Shown here: positions 40,101-52,639 of the stretch, one piece after another
How the letters are laid out: each line of letters begins with the position of its first letter
How positions within the stretch are numbered: position 1 is the first letter of the stretch
DNA from: Anaeramoeba ignava BMAN
Lineage: Eukaryota; Protista; Anaeramoebae
Direction of reading: 5' to 3'
NCBI GenBank assembly: GCA_028826165.1
Contig: JAPDFW010000133.1
Coordinates: forward strand, 62,001-126,000
Length of the DNA: 64,000 nt
The notes under the pieces: model-generated
Database searches by the model: none
Told to the model about the DNA's origin: nothing
The model's input: only the letters and a program-made list of their open reading frames with translations
Made by a program: the position numbers and the translations under genes

Positions 40101-43100
40101 AATTTGATATTGATTTTGATTTTGAATTTGATATTGATTTTGATATTGATTTCTATTTTGGTATTGATTTCTATTTTGATATTGATATTGATATTGATAT
40201 TGATTTTTATATTGATTTTCTTGTTGAATATTTTTATTTGGTGATTTTGTTTTTTGATTTTGAATTTCATTTTGATTTTGATTTTGATTTTGATTTTGAT
40301 TTTGATTTTGATTTTGATTTTGATTTTGATTTTGATTTTGATTTTCTTGTTGAATATTTTTATTTGGTGATTTTGTTTTTTGATTTTCATTTTGAATTTG
40401 ATTTTCTTTTTTAATATTTTTATTTGTGATTTTGCTTTTTGATTTTGATTTTGATTTTGATTTTTATTTTGATTTTGATTTTCTTTTTTAATATTTTTAT
40501 TTGGTGATTTTGTTTTTTGATTTTGAATTTGATTTTCTTGTTGAATATTTTTATTTGGTGATTTTGTTTTTTGATTTTCAATTTGAATTTTATTTTCTTT
40601 TTTAATATTTTTATTTTTATTTTTATTTTGATTTTGATTTTGATTTTGATTTTTATTTTGATTTTGAATTTTTTGATTTTCTTTTTTAATATTTTTATTT
40701 GGTGATTTTGTTTTTTGATTTTGATTTTGATTTTCTTGTTGAATATTTTTATTTGGTGATTTTGTTTTTTGATTTTTATTTTGATTTTGATTTTGATTTT
40801 GGTTTTCATTTTGATTTTGATTTTTATTTTGATTTTGATTTTGATTTTGATTTTGATTTTTATTTTTGATTTTGATTTTTATTTTGATTTTCAGTTTCAT
40901 TTTGATTTTGATTTTTATTTTGATTTTTATTTTTATTTTGATTTTCATTTTGATTTTTATTTTGATTTTGATTTTTATTTTTATTTTGATTTTGATTTTG
41001 ATTTTTATTTTTATTTTTGTTTTGATTTTGATTTTCTTTTTTAATATTTTTATTTGGTGATTTTGTTTTTTGATTTTTATTTTGATTTTGATTTTGATTT
41101 TGATTTTGATTTTGATTTTGATTTTGATTTTGATTTTGATTTTGATTTTGATTTTGATTTTGATTTTGATTTTGATTTTGATTTTGATTTTGGTTTTCAT
41201 TTTCTTTTTTAATATTTTTATTTTCTGGTTTTTCTTGTTGATTTTGATTTTGATTTTGATTTTGATTTTGATTTTGATTTTGATTTTGATTTTGATTTTG
41301 ATTTTGATTTTCATTTTGAATTTGATTTTCTTGTTGAATATTTTTATTTGGTGATTTTGTTTTTTGATTTTGATTTTGATTTTGATTTTGATTTTGATTT
41401 TGATTTTGATTTTGATTTTGGTTTTCATTTTCTTTTTTAATATTTTTATTTTCTGGTTTTTCTTGTTGATTTTGATTTTGATTTTGATTTTGATTTTGAT
41501 TTTGATTTTGATTTTGATTTTGATTTTTGATTTTGAATTTGATTTTCTTGTTGAATATTTTTATTTGGTGATTTTGTTTTTTGATTTTCAGTTTCATTTT
41601 GATTTTGATTTTGATTTTGATTTTGATTTGATTTTGTTTGTTGTCTATTTGGTGGTTTTGCTTTTTGATTTTTTCTTTGAATATATTTATTTTTGCGAAT
41701 TTTTTTTCTGATCTTCTTTTTTCTTAAATTTTCCCTCTTTCTTTGGAGTTGCCGAAATTTTCTTGCTTCTGCTTCTTTTCTTTTTGCTTCTTCTTCTTCT
41801 TCTTGCCTCTTCTTATTTTGTCTTGACCGTTCTTCCCTTTCAATTTTTCTGATTTCATTATTCAAAGAATTAATTTGTTGATTAATTTGGGATTTTTCTT
41901 CTTTTAAAAATTGTTTTATTTGCTTTGTTAAATTTTGAATTTCTAAAAATTTTTGTTTTTCCACAAAAGGAATAAATTCAAAATCATCTCTAAATTCTTC
42001 CTCAACTAAAGTTATACGATATAAATTTGAAATTTGAAGAATAAATAACTTGGAAATCGTGATTATGAATGCTGTATATATTTCATATTCCTCGGAACTA
42101 ATTTTTTCAAGCTTCAATTTCCTTGAAATAACCTCTTCGTGTTTTTGGTATAAAATATTTTGAATATCTTGGGGAAAATTTTTTGGAATTTTAATATTTT
42201 TCTGATCTTCCATTTTGGGTTTCTTAAAATTTTGAATAGGTTTTATAGAAGGATTTGATATTTCATAAAGTTGTGAAAGAAGATGAAGAAAATCTTCTAG
42301 CTTAACATTTTCCAAATTTGAAATTGTAAAATAATAATCTATTTCTGATTCTGAGGAATCTTTGGATTCGTTGAATTTTTTGGATAAATTTTCATTTTCA
42401 TTTTCATTTTCATTTTCACTTTCACTTTCATTTTCATTTTTAATTTCATTTTCATTTTCATTTTCAATTTCAATTATTTTTGGATTTTGAGATAATAGAA
42501 CAATGTCAAATTGTTTGTAAAAGGGAAGCGAAAATACTGGATTGTTATGTAAATCTAAATTGTCAATATTTTCCAAGATATTTTTTGTTGTTTCTTTTTT
42601 GAATTTATGACTAAGAATATTAAAAATCTTAGTTTTTTTTGTATGAAAAATATTTGATAAAGATTGGAAAATTTCTTTTGGTAAAATTTGAAGTAATTTC
42701 TCAAGAGCGAATTGATTGAAGTTATTTTTGATAAATTCAAAAATAATATCTTTTGGAGTTGTAATTGAATCCCAGAATTTTGTTTGCAATTCAAAAATTT
42801 TTTTCTTTTGTTCATTTTGAACCTGTTCTTCTTCCTTTATTTTATTTTGAACTTCAATCAATAATTTTTGAGCATCTTTATTATTTTGATCTTTTTGTAA
42901 AATAAATACAAGATCTAAAAAGAAAAAAAAAAATTTTTTTTTTTGGGAATTTACAAAAAAATATCAAAAATAATTATTTATTACCTTGTTCAGCAAAACT
43001 AGGTTTATTTGTTAAATAATAAGCTTTAGCTCTTCTGAATCTCGCTTTAAGATATTCAGGATTTAAATGAAGAGAAAGATTGCATAATTGAATTACTCTT

Positions 43101-45931
43101 TGATAATCTTGAAGTTGTAAAAAACATGCTGCTTGATTTGCTAAAATTACAGACCTTTCTTTGTGAAATTCAAGAGGAGCAATTCTTAAAGATTTTGTAT
43201 AATAAAAAATTGCATTTTCCCAATCCTTTTGTTTGAAAAACTCATTTCCAGTTTGTTTAAATTCAAGAGCTTGATCAAGCTTAATTAAATTAAAATTAAA
43301 ATTAAAATTAAAATTAAAATTAAAATTAATAAGATGATTTGCGCTTGATTGTGATTTCAATTACCAAAGATAAATTTATCAGATTTGATTCATCTTCACT
43401 TTCAAAATGATCATCTAAATCAGAATCATTTTGTTTTTCTTCATTTGGATTTTCTTGAATGGGTTCATTAAAATTATTCTCCAAAATTTTATTCAAAATT
43501 TCTGTTTCGTTTCTAATATCAAGAAAGTTTTCATTTTCAATTTCTTGATCAAAATCATCTTCACTATTAGAATATTGATATTCCTTTATATCATTAATAT
43601 CAATATCAATATCAATATTATCAATATTATCATCATTATCATCATCATCATCACCATCACTAATTCCATAAAACATTGTAAATCGTGTTTGATTTACATC
43701 ATAATCATTTCCATTATAATCATCATAATCATAATCATCATCATATTCATATTCATAATCATAATCATCACCATCAACTTGAAGTTTAGCTTTTTGATTT
43801 AAATGAAAAAAACGGTCTGTTTCTTCTGCAAAAGAAACATGATCCAAATCCAAATCTTGACTTTCAAAATCACTACTCAATTCTTTTTCATCATCACCAG
43901 AATTAGTATATTCATACTCATATTTGGATATATTTGGATTTGCTTTTTTCCTTCTTTTTGATATACTTTCATCACTTTCCTGCATGATTTGTTTGAAAAT
44001 TTTTTCGATTTCTGGCTCTTGATTTTTATTTTGTTCCATATTACTGATATTGTTGAGAAAAGCGAAAATATTCTCCAGGAATTTTTGTGGATCATCCTTG
44101 ACTTTGTCCAATTCTTCAATTTCCTCTCGCATTATTTGCTTAGTATTTTTTTCATCCATTCTATTTTGTTTTTGTTTTTGTTTTTGTTTTTGGTTTTGGT
44201 TTTTGCATTTAAAATTTCCCACTCAATATTTTCTTCGTTGACAATTTTCTGTTTAGGTGGTGTGATTACCAATCCTTCTTCTATTGTTGATATGAAATCC
44301 ATAAATTTAGTCTGAAAATATTTTGATCTTATTGCCGATAACTCTGTTAAAAATTGAATAGGCTTTTGTAGTTCTTCTGGCGGTTGATCATGAAATTGGA
44401 AAAATGGATCATTGTAAAAATTTTTGTCAATTTGGGAAAAATTGATTTCCTTTGGGTTCACTAAAGGAGGAAGAGAAGGGAAGTTTTGGCTTGCGATTTG
44501 AACATGATTTATGTTATAATGTTTTTGTGAGGTGTATAAATTAAATGCAATATCAAGCCAGGTGATAAAATAGGGATTTTTGTACCAATGAGCAAAATGA
44601 TGCCAAACATATTCAATTGCTTCATTTTCTTTTGAATAATTTTTAATTTTTGGGAGATTGACAGGCAAATTGGATTTTCCCAATAAAAAAAGAGGAACAT
44701 GTATATTAAATTGGAATGCTTCCTTCAAATTATTATTTGCAGTAAATATCATTGTTTCCAAGTTTTTATCAGATAGATCACTCAGTTGATCTAATGCTGC
44801 GAGTTCAACAAGAGAAAGAAGTTTTTCTTTTGGAGATATTTTGTTGATATTTAAGGTATTTGCGAAATTTTCATCAGTTTGTTTTTGTCTTGATTCCAAA
44901 AAATCGCAAACTTTTTTCATGTTTAGAAGAGCGGTTGTATATTTCCAAGTTGTAGATAAATCATTTGCATATTGTTTGATAATTAGCTCTACATCTTGGA
45001 ATCGGTTGAATTCAAGAAGTATTGTTACTATATAATGTCTAATTCCCATTAAGTCAATATAAGATAAGCTGAGTAATTCATAATATTCTTTTAGAGCCTC
45101 TTCTTTTCTATTGCAACCTTTCCAAAGACCTTATTAAAATAAATATTAAAATATTAAAATAAATTAAATATTAAATTAAATAATAAATTAAATATTAAAT
45201 TAAATATTAAAATAAATATTAAATTAAATGTTAAATTAAATATTAAATTAAATATTTAAATATTAAAATAAATATTAAATTAAATATTAAATTAAATATT
45301 AAATCAAATATTAAAATAAATATTAAATTAAATATTAAATTAAATATTAAAATAAATAATAAATTAAATATTAAATTAAATATTAAATTAAATATTAAAA
45401 TAAATAATAAATATTAAAATAAATATTAAATTAAATGTTAAAGTGAAATAAATTTCTTTGTAAATTTTTCAAATTGAAAAGAAGATTTGTTGAAAACATC
45501 CTTCTTAATAACATACACCAAGCAAACGCATATTTTGATTTCATATAAACACGAGTTTTTGGATCAAACCAAAATAACTCAATTTTTTTGTGTAAAATTT
45601 CTTCTTCAATTTTTTGTTGAGAAATATTAACTGCTTTTTGAAAATATTTTAATGCTTGTTTTGGTTGTTTTGCTTCATTTCCTAAAACAATTATTGCTTC
45701 AACAAATTGAGGATCAATTTCCAAAATTGTATTTGCTAATTTGATTCTTTTATGACTTGATTTTTCTTGATAAATTTGCTTTTGAATTTTATTACATTCA
45801 AATTCAATTTTTTTTTGATGCTTTAATAAAGTTTTTTGAATGCTTTCTTGATTTTCGGAATTTGAAGTTGTTTGAATTGTATTTTGTTGTTTATCGTTTT
45901 TTTCTAGATTTTTTGTAATATTTTCTAACAT
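37188..45931 (-). CDS. Giant multidomain protein: ST7-like TPR, acidic linker, TPR (TTC1-like), coiled coil, two RRMs, long Q/N/I low-complexity tracts; several apparent frameshifts
   Basis: Introns at ~45516-45130, ~43364-43281, ~42984-42915. TPR FKQTGNEFFKQKDWENAIFYYTKSL...NQAACFL; RRMs LWIKKI...SAYVYF and LMLKNIPY...AFVSF. Overlapping ORFs switch frame inside microsatellites. It could be more than one gene. Confidence 0.65.
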
Positions 45932-46087
45932 AATAATGTATTCAAAAAAATAAATGAGAAAAAAGGAAAAGGAAAAGAAAAAAAAGAAAAAAAATGAAAA
46001 AAAAAATTTTTTAAAAGAAAAAAAAAGGAAAAAAAAATTTTAATTTTAATTTTGATTTTGATTTTGATTTTAATTTTGATTTTGATT

Positions 46088-47872
46088 TTAATTATTAAAT
46101 TTGTTAATTAATAAATCAAATAAATTTGGATATGTTTGATTTAATTGAAAATAATCAATTCCAATTTTAATTTCATTAATTATTTCTTGTGTAATTTGAA
46201 TATCATCTTTAATTTGATTTGAATAAATCCAATATTCAAATATTTGAAATGATTTATTACTTAATTCACTATAATCTGTAACTTTATTAGATTTATCATT
46301 TGTTACAGATAAAAACATTCCTCGATATAATTCACTTCTCATTATTAATATTAATTTAGGAAATTTATATTGTTTTTCTTTTCTTTCAATTATAAAATCT
46401 TTTTCATTTTCATTTTCATTTTCATTTAAATAAATTCTTTTAATTGTTTCTTCAATTTTTTCATTTAAATTTATAATTTCTTTAATTTCAGAATATAATT
46501 TTGGATTTATTTTTTTGTTTGAATAAATCATTTCAAATATTTGATTTGATTCTTTAATTGATTTTTTTGAAATAATTTCTTGAAGTTTTTCAATTTCATT
46601 TTGATTTTGTTTTAATCTATATTTCAATATTAATTTATGAGCTTCAATTATTTCTCCATTTTTGGTTTTAAATGAAATATTACAAAATTCTTTTCTTTCA
46701 AATAGTTTTATCAAATCTTCTTCAATATTGGAAAAAGAAGAAGGAGAATAATAAAGAAATGATTTGTAATATCCACAAGAAATATGATAATTAGAAATAT
46801 TTTCATTAAATCTTAATTTAGGAAGTTCAATTTGAATTGGAATTAATTGATCTTTTGTATTTCCAGTTCCTAATTGACCATCAGAATTACTTCCAAATAC
46901 AATTAATTTTGAATTAGAAGTTAAAATCAAAGTATGAGCATTTCCAACAGAAAAATCAATAATAATATCATTTTCAAATAAAGATGATTTGATTTCAGTA
47001 AATTCATAAGTATTGTAATATTCTTTTTTGCCAAGTCCATTCCGGCGATGATTTCCACATGAATAAAGTTTTCTTTTTGTATTTTCATTTTCATTTTCAT
47101 TTTCAATCAACATTATTGAAAAAATATATCCAGATTGAATATCAATTATTTTGCCTTTTGGAATATTTTGGATTTTGGTTAATTTTTGGATTTCTGTTTC
47201 TTCTTTTCTTGATTCTCCTAATCCAATTTGACCAAAATAATTAAATCCGCATCCAAATAATTCTTGATTTGAATTTAAAAGAAAAACATGAGCTGAAGTA
47301 TTTCCTGAAAATATTTTAGAAACATTTTTCATCATTAAAATTGGTTTTTTTGTTTCTTTAAGTGTTTTAGAATCAAAACCAAGTTGACCAAATTTATTTA
47401 AACCAATTCCATAAACATTTTGATTTGAAGTTAACAAGTAAATTGAATCGTATCCAGAAACAATATCTTGAATTATTCTATCATTTTTATCTTCAATTAA
47501 TGATGAAATATTGATAAATTCATTTTGAATTATTTGGATTAATATCTTTCTTCCTTTGGCAAATACATTTCCTTCTTTTGTTAAAATAGCTTCATTATCA
47601 TAACCAACAGTTACTTTTTGAATATTTTCATCAATTTGGATTTTTTCAGGATTTTGTTTTGAATCATTTTCATTTAAATATTCTATTGCTTTTCCATTTT
47701 CAAAAAGGAAAATTGTTGAATATCTTCCTGATGAAATTTGTTTAATTTGTTTTTCATTTTCATTTTCATTTTCATTTTCAAATTTAAATTGAATTGGTTT
47801 TTTTATTAAATATGATTTATTTTTGATAAGTTTTGGTTTTTCATTTTCACCAAAAAATAAACAATCATTCAT
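46088..47872 (-). CDS. RCC1-repeat plus BTB-like protein, intronless
   Basis: VYGIGLNKFGQLG, GCGFNYFGQIG, SVGNAHTLIL..FGSNSDGQLG; BTB-like AHKLILKYR and RSELYRGMF. Likely ATG at 47872 (MNDCLFFG). Confidence 0.9.
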   Translation of the reverse strand: MNDCLFFGENEKPKLIKNKSYLIKKPIQFKFENENENENEKQIKQISSGRYSTIFLFENGKAIEYLNENDSKQNPEKIQIDENIQKVTVGYDNEAILTKEGNVFAKGRKILIQIIQNEFINISSLIEDKNDRIIQDIVSGYDSIYLLTSNQNVYGIGLNKFGQLGFDSKTLKETKKPILMMKNVSKIFSGNTSAHVFLLNSNQELFGCGFNYFGQIGLGESRKEETEIQKLTKIQNIPKGKIIDIQSGYIFSIMLIENENENENTKRKLYSCGNHRRNGLGKKEYYNTYEFTEIKSSLFENDIIIDFSVGNAHTLILTSNSKLIVFGSNSDGQLGTGNTKDQLIPIQIELPKLRFNENISNYHISCGYYKSFLYYSPSSFSNIEEDLIKLFERKEFCNISFKTKNGEIIEAHKLILKYRLKQNQNEIEKLQEIISKKSIKESNQIFEMIYSNKKINPKLYSEIKEIINLNEKIEETIKRIYLNENENENEKDFIIERKEKQYKFPKLILIMRSELYRGMFLSVTNDKSNKVTDYSELSNKSFQIFEYWIYSNQIKDDIQITQEIINEIKIGIDYFQLNQTYPNLFDLLINKFNN

Positions 47873-48126
47873 TTTTGAAAAAAAAAATGAAAAATGAAAA
47901 ATGAATTTTTTGATTTTAATTTTAATTTTAATTTTAAATTTGATTTTTATTTTAATTTTAATTTTGATTTTCATTTTGATTTTAATTTTAATTTTAATTT
48001 TAATTTTAATTTTAATTTTAATTTTAATTTTAATTATAATTTTAATTCTAATTTTAATTTTGATTTTGATTTTAATTTTAATTATTAATTTTAATTTTAA
48101 TTTTGATTTTAATTTTCATTTTAATT

Positions 48127-51100
48127 TTAATTTTCATCATTTTCATCATTTTCATCATTTTTATCATTTTTATCATTTTCATCATTTTTATCATTTTCAT
48201 CATTTTTATCATTTTCATCACTTTTATCATTTTCATCATTTTCATCATTTTCATCATTTTCATCATTTTCATCATTTTTATCACTTTTATCATTTTCATC
48301 ATTTTTATCATTTTCATCATTTTCATCATTTTCACTTTCACTTTCATAATTAAATAAAGTTAAACTTTTTGGATTTTGAACCAAATTATCTTTTTTTGGA
48401 ATAGACTTTCTTTGTTTAATTTGAAAATTAACAGGAAGTTTTTGAGCAGATCTTTTTAATTCACTTTTTCTAATTAATTGACGAAAAATAGAAGTTTTAT
48501 TTTCTTGATTATCTTGAATTTTTCTAACTTTTCCAAAATGAATATTTGCAAGAATTTTTTCCATTTCATCTTCAAAAGCTTTTCCTAAATCTTTTTCTTT
48601 TTGTTCGAATAATTCAACAATTTGTTTGTGTTCTAATTGATTATATTCTTGGTTTATTGCTCGAATTTCATCAAGAAGATCTAAAGTATCCATTTCTTTT
48701 TTTGATTCTTTTGTTCTATTTTCAAGCATTGTCATTACATCTCCTTCTGCTTCTTTTTCTTCTTCTTCTCTTCTTTCTTCAATTACTTGATGTTCCTATT
48801 TTAATTTTTTATCCGATTTTAATTTTAATTTTTAATTTTAATTTTAATTTTAATTTTAATTTTTAATTTTAATTTTAATTTTAATTTTAATTTTAATTTT
48901 AATTTTAATTTTAATTTTAATTTTAATTTTATAAATAATTTTTAATTTTAATTTTAATTTTATAAATAATTTTAATTTTAATTTTAATTTTATTTTTAAT
49001 TATAAATTTAATTTTAATTTTAATTTTTAATTTTAATTTGATTTAATTACTTTCCAAGGTTCAAAACCTCTTGTTGCACCAAATTCACAAACATAATCTG
49101 AATTTTTTGGATCTGTTTTAATTGTGATTTCACTTGCACATCGGCAACATCGGATATAAAAACGGAAAATTTTAATTCCTAAATAAGATTCACCAGTAAC
49201 AGTTTCTTTTCTGGCATTAAATTTCTTTCCAATTCCAAGATATTCACCACAAGTTTTGCAACAGATACTCATTGGAAGCATCATTCGCACTTTTATTTGC
49301 TTGTGTGGATCTTTTAGTTTTGCATGCGAAAGTATTCGAGGATTAAAATCTGGCTGTTTTATTTTAAATTAAATTTATTTAATAAATTGTTTTTTGGTTA
49401 GTTTTGAATATTAAATTTAGTTGATATTTTTTTTTGGTTTTAAGTTTAAAGGAAATTCCTAAATGTATAATTTTTATTGATTTAATTATAAATATAATTA
49501 TAAATTTCATTATAAATATAATTACAAATATAATTATTAATTTAATTATAAATTTTATTATAAATATAATTATAAATTTAATTATAAATATTATTATAAA
49601 TATAATTATAAAGAAAATTATAAATTTAATTATAAATTTAATTATAAATTCAATTATAAATTTAATTATAAATATAATTATAAATATAATTATAAATATA
49701 ATTATAAATTTAATTATAAATTTAATTTTAAATTTAATTATATATTTCATTATAAATATAATTATAAATTTAATTATAAATATAATTATAAATATAATTA
49801 TAAATATAAATATAAATTTCATTATAAATATAATTATAAATATAATTATAAATTTAATTATAAATTTAATTTTAAATTTAATTACAAATTTAATTATAAA
49901 TTTAATTATAAATTTAATTATAAATATAATTATATATTTCATTATATTTTTAATTATAAATTTAATTATATATTTCATTATAAATATAATTATAAATTTA
50001 ATTATAAATTTAATTATAAATATAATTATATATTTAATTATAAATTTAATTATAAATATAATTATATATTTAATTATAAATTTAATTATAAATTTAATTA
50101 TAAATTTAATTATAAATATAATTATATATTTCATTATAAATATAATTATAAATTTAATTATAAATTTAATTATAAATATAATTATATATTTAATTATAAA
50201 TTTAATTATAAATATAATTATATATTTAATTATAAATATAATTATATATTTAATTATAAATTTAATTATAAATATAATTATAAATTTAATTATAAATTTA
50301 ATTATAAATTTAATTATAAATATAATTATAAATATAATTATAAATATAATTATAAATTTAATTATAAATTTAATTATAAATATAATTATAAATTTAATTA
50401 TAAATTTAATTATAAATATAATTATAAATTTAATTATAAATTTAATTATAAATAAAATTATAAATTTAATTATAAATTTAATTATAAATTTAATTATAAA
50501 TTTAATTATAAATTTAATTATAAATATAATTATAAATATAATTATAAATATAATTATAAATTTAATTATAAATTTAATTATAAATATAATTATAAATTTA
50601 ATTATAAATATAATTATATATTTCATTATAAATATAATTATAAATTTTAATTATAAATATAATAAATTATAAATATAATTATAAATTTAATTATAAATTT
50701 AATTATAAATATAATTATAAATTTAATTATAAATTTAATTATAAATTTAATTATAAATTTAATTACAAATTTAATTATAAATTTAATTATAAATTTAATT
50801 ACAAATTTAATTATAAATTTAATTATAAATATAATTATAAATTTAATTATAAATATAATTATAAATTTAATTATAAATTTAATTATAAATATAATTATAA
50901 ATATAATTATAAATTTAATTACAAATTTAATTATAAATTTAATTACAAATATAATTATAAATTTAATTATAAATATAATTATAAATATAATTGTAAATTT
51001 AATTATAAATTTAATTATAAATAAAATTATAAATTTAATTATAAATAAAATTATAAATTTAATTATAAATTTAATTATAAATATAATTATAAAAATTAAT

Positions 51101-52117
51101 TATAAATATAATTATAAATATAATTATAAAAATTAATTATAAATATAATTATAAATATAATTATAAATATAATTATAAATATAATTATAAATTTAATTAT
51201 AAATTTAATTATAAATTTAATTATAAATTTAATTATAAATATAATTACAAATATAATTATTAATTTAATTATAAATATAATTATAAAGAAAAATAATTAA
51301 TTTAATTATAAATTTAATTACAAATTTAATTATAAATTTAATTATAAATTTAATTTTAAATATAATTATAAATTTAATTATAAATTGAATTATAAATATA
51401 ATTATAAATTTAATTATAAATTTAATTATAAATATAATTATAAATATAATTATAAATATAATTATAAATTTAATTATAAATATAATTATAAATTTAATTA
51501 TAAATATAATTATAAATTTAATTATAAATATAATTATAAATTTAATTATTAATTTAATTATAAATTTAATTATTAATTTAATTATAAAATTTAATTATAA
51601 AATTATTATAAATATAATTATAAATATAATTATAAATTTAATTATAAATATAATTATAAATTTAATTATAAATATAAAATTATAAATTTAATTATAAATA
51701 TAATTATTAATTTAATTATAAATTTAATTATAAATTTAATTATAAATATTATTATAAATTTAATTATAAAATTAATTATAAATATAATTATAAATATAAT
51801 TATAAATTTAATTATAAATTTAATTATAAATTTAATTACAAATATAATTATAAATTTAATTATAAATTTAATTATAAATTTAATTATAAATTTCATTTGT
51901 AAAAATAAATGAACGATAAGTGATGCAAAAAAAAAGCATTACCATTTCATTTCTAAAAGAAGTTTTAATACCATTTATACATTCAGGAATTTAATTTAAA
52001 CAAATTTCTTTAAGAATTTGTGCAATTATATATTTATAAAAAAAAAAAAGAGATTTTTAATATTTTTAAGAAATGACGTACAGGATAATATTTTTGAATA
52101 ACTTTTCTTTCAGCCAT
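48127..52117 (-). CDS. YJU2: Splicing factor YJU2 (CCDC94/Cwc16); exons 52117-52082, 49353-49051, 48795-48127
   Basis: Spliced N-terminus MAERKVIQKYYP|PDFNP, VRMMLPMSICCKTCGEY, GKKFNARKE, CCRC..EITIKTDPKNSDY, LENRTKESKKEM. Confidence 0.95.
49480..51890. repeat. 12-bp satellite (TTATAAATTTAA / TTATAAATATAA)n in YJU2 intron 1
   Basis: Regular 12-bp period. Confidence 0.95.
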
Positions 52118-52242
52118 TTAAAAAAAAATAATAAAAAAAGAAAAAAATGAAAAAAATTTAATTTAAAAAATTTCATTTTTTTTTCCTTTTTATTATTTTT
52201 AAATTATAAATTCCAATAAATATTTAAATTTTTAATAAAAAT
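52118..52242. promoter_or_regulatory. Compact divergent promoter region shared by YJU2 and TAF9
   Basis: Only 125 bp between oppositely oriented ATGs. Confidence 0.65.
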
Positions 52243-52629
52243 ATGGATAATCTTCCACAAGACGCAAGAGTTATTGAACAAATTTTACATTCAATGGGAA
52301 TTGAAGAATATGATCCACAAGTTTTACCACAATTACTTGAATTTATACAAAAATACACATCAGAAGTACTTGAAAAAGCACAAAAATATGCACAACATGC
52401 AAAAAGAAATCAAATTGAAGAAAGTGATGTGACACTTGCTATTACTAATCAAGTTGCTTATTCATTTCAAAAACCTCCTTCAAGAAAATTACTTGCAGAT
52501 TTTGCAAAAGCAAGAAATGCTGTACCTTTTCCTCAAATTAGATTTAAATATGGTGTTCATTTACCAACTGAAGAATATTCATTAACGAATGCTAATTATC
52601 AAATTGATGAAAAATATCAAGAAAAATAA
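52243..52629 (+). CDS. TAF9: TFIID/SAGA subunit TAF9
   Basis: PQDARVIEQILHSMGIEEYDPQV..QLLEF histone fold, SFQKPPSR, RNAVP, GVHLP..LTNANY. Confidence 0.95.
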   Translation: MDNLPQDARVIEQILHSMGIEEYDPQVLPQLLEFIQKYTSEVLEKAQKYAQHAKRNQIEESDVTLAITNQVAYSFQKPPSRKLLADFAKARNAVPFPQIRFKYGVHLPTEEYSLTNANYQIDEKYQEK

Positions 52630-52639
52630 TTGAAATATT

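Noticed and set aside
49033-49353. YJU2 seemingly lacking its N-terminus (trans-splicing idea)
   Set aside because: Exon 1 (MAERKVIQKYYP) was found in cis at 52117-52082.
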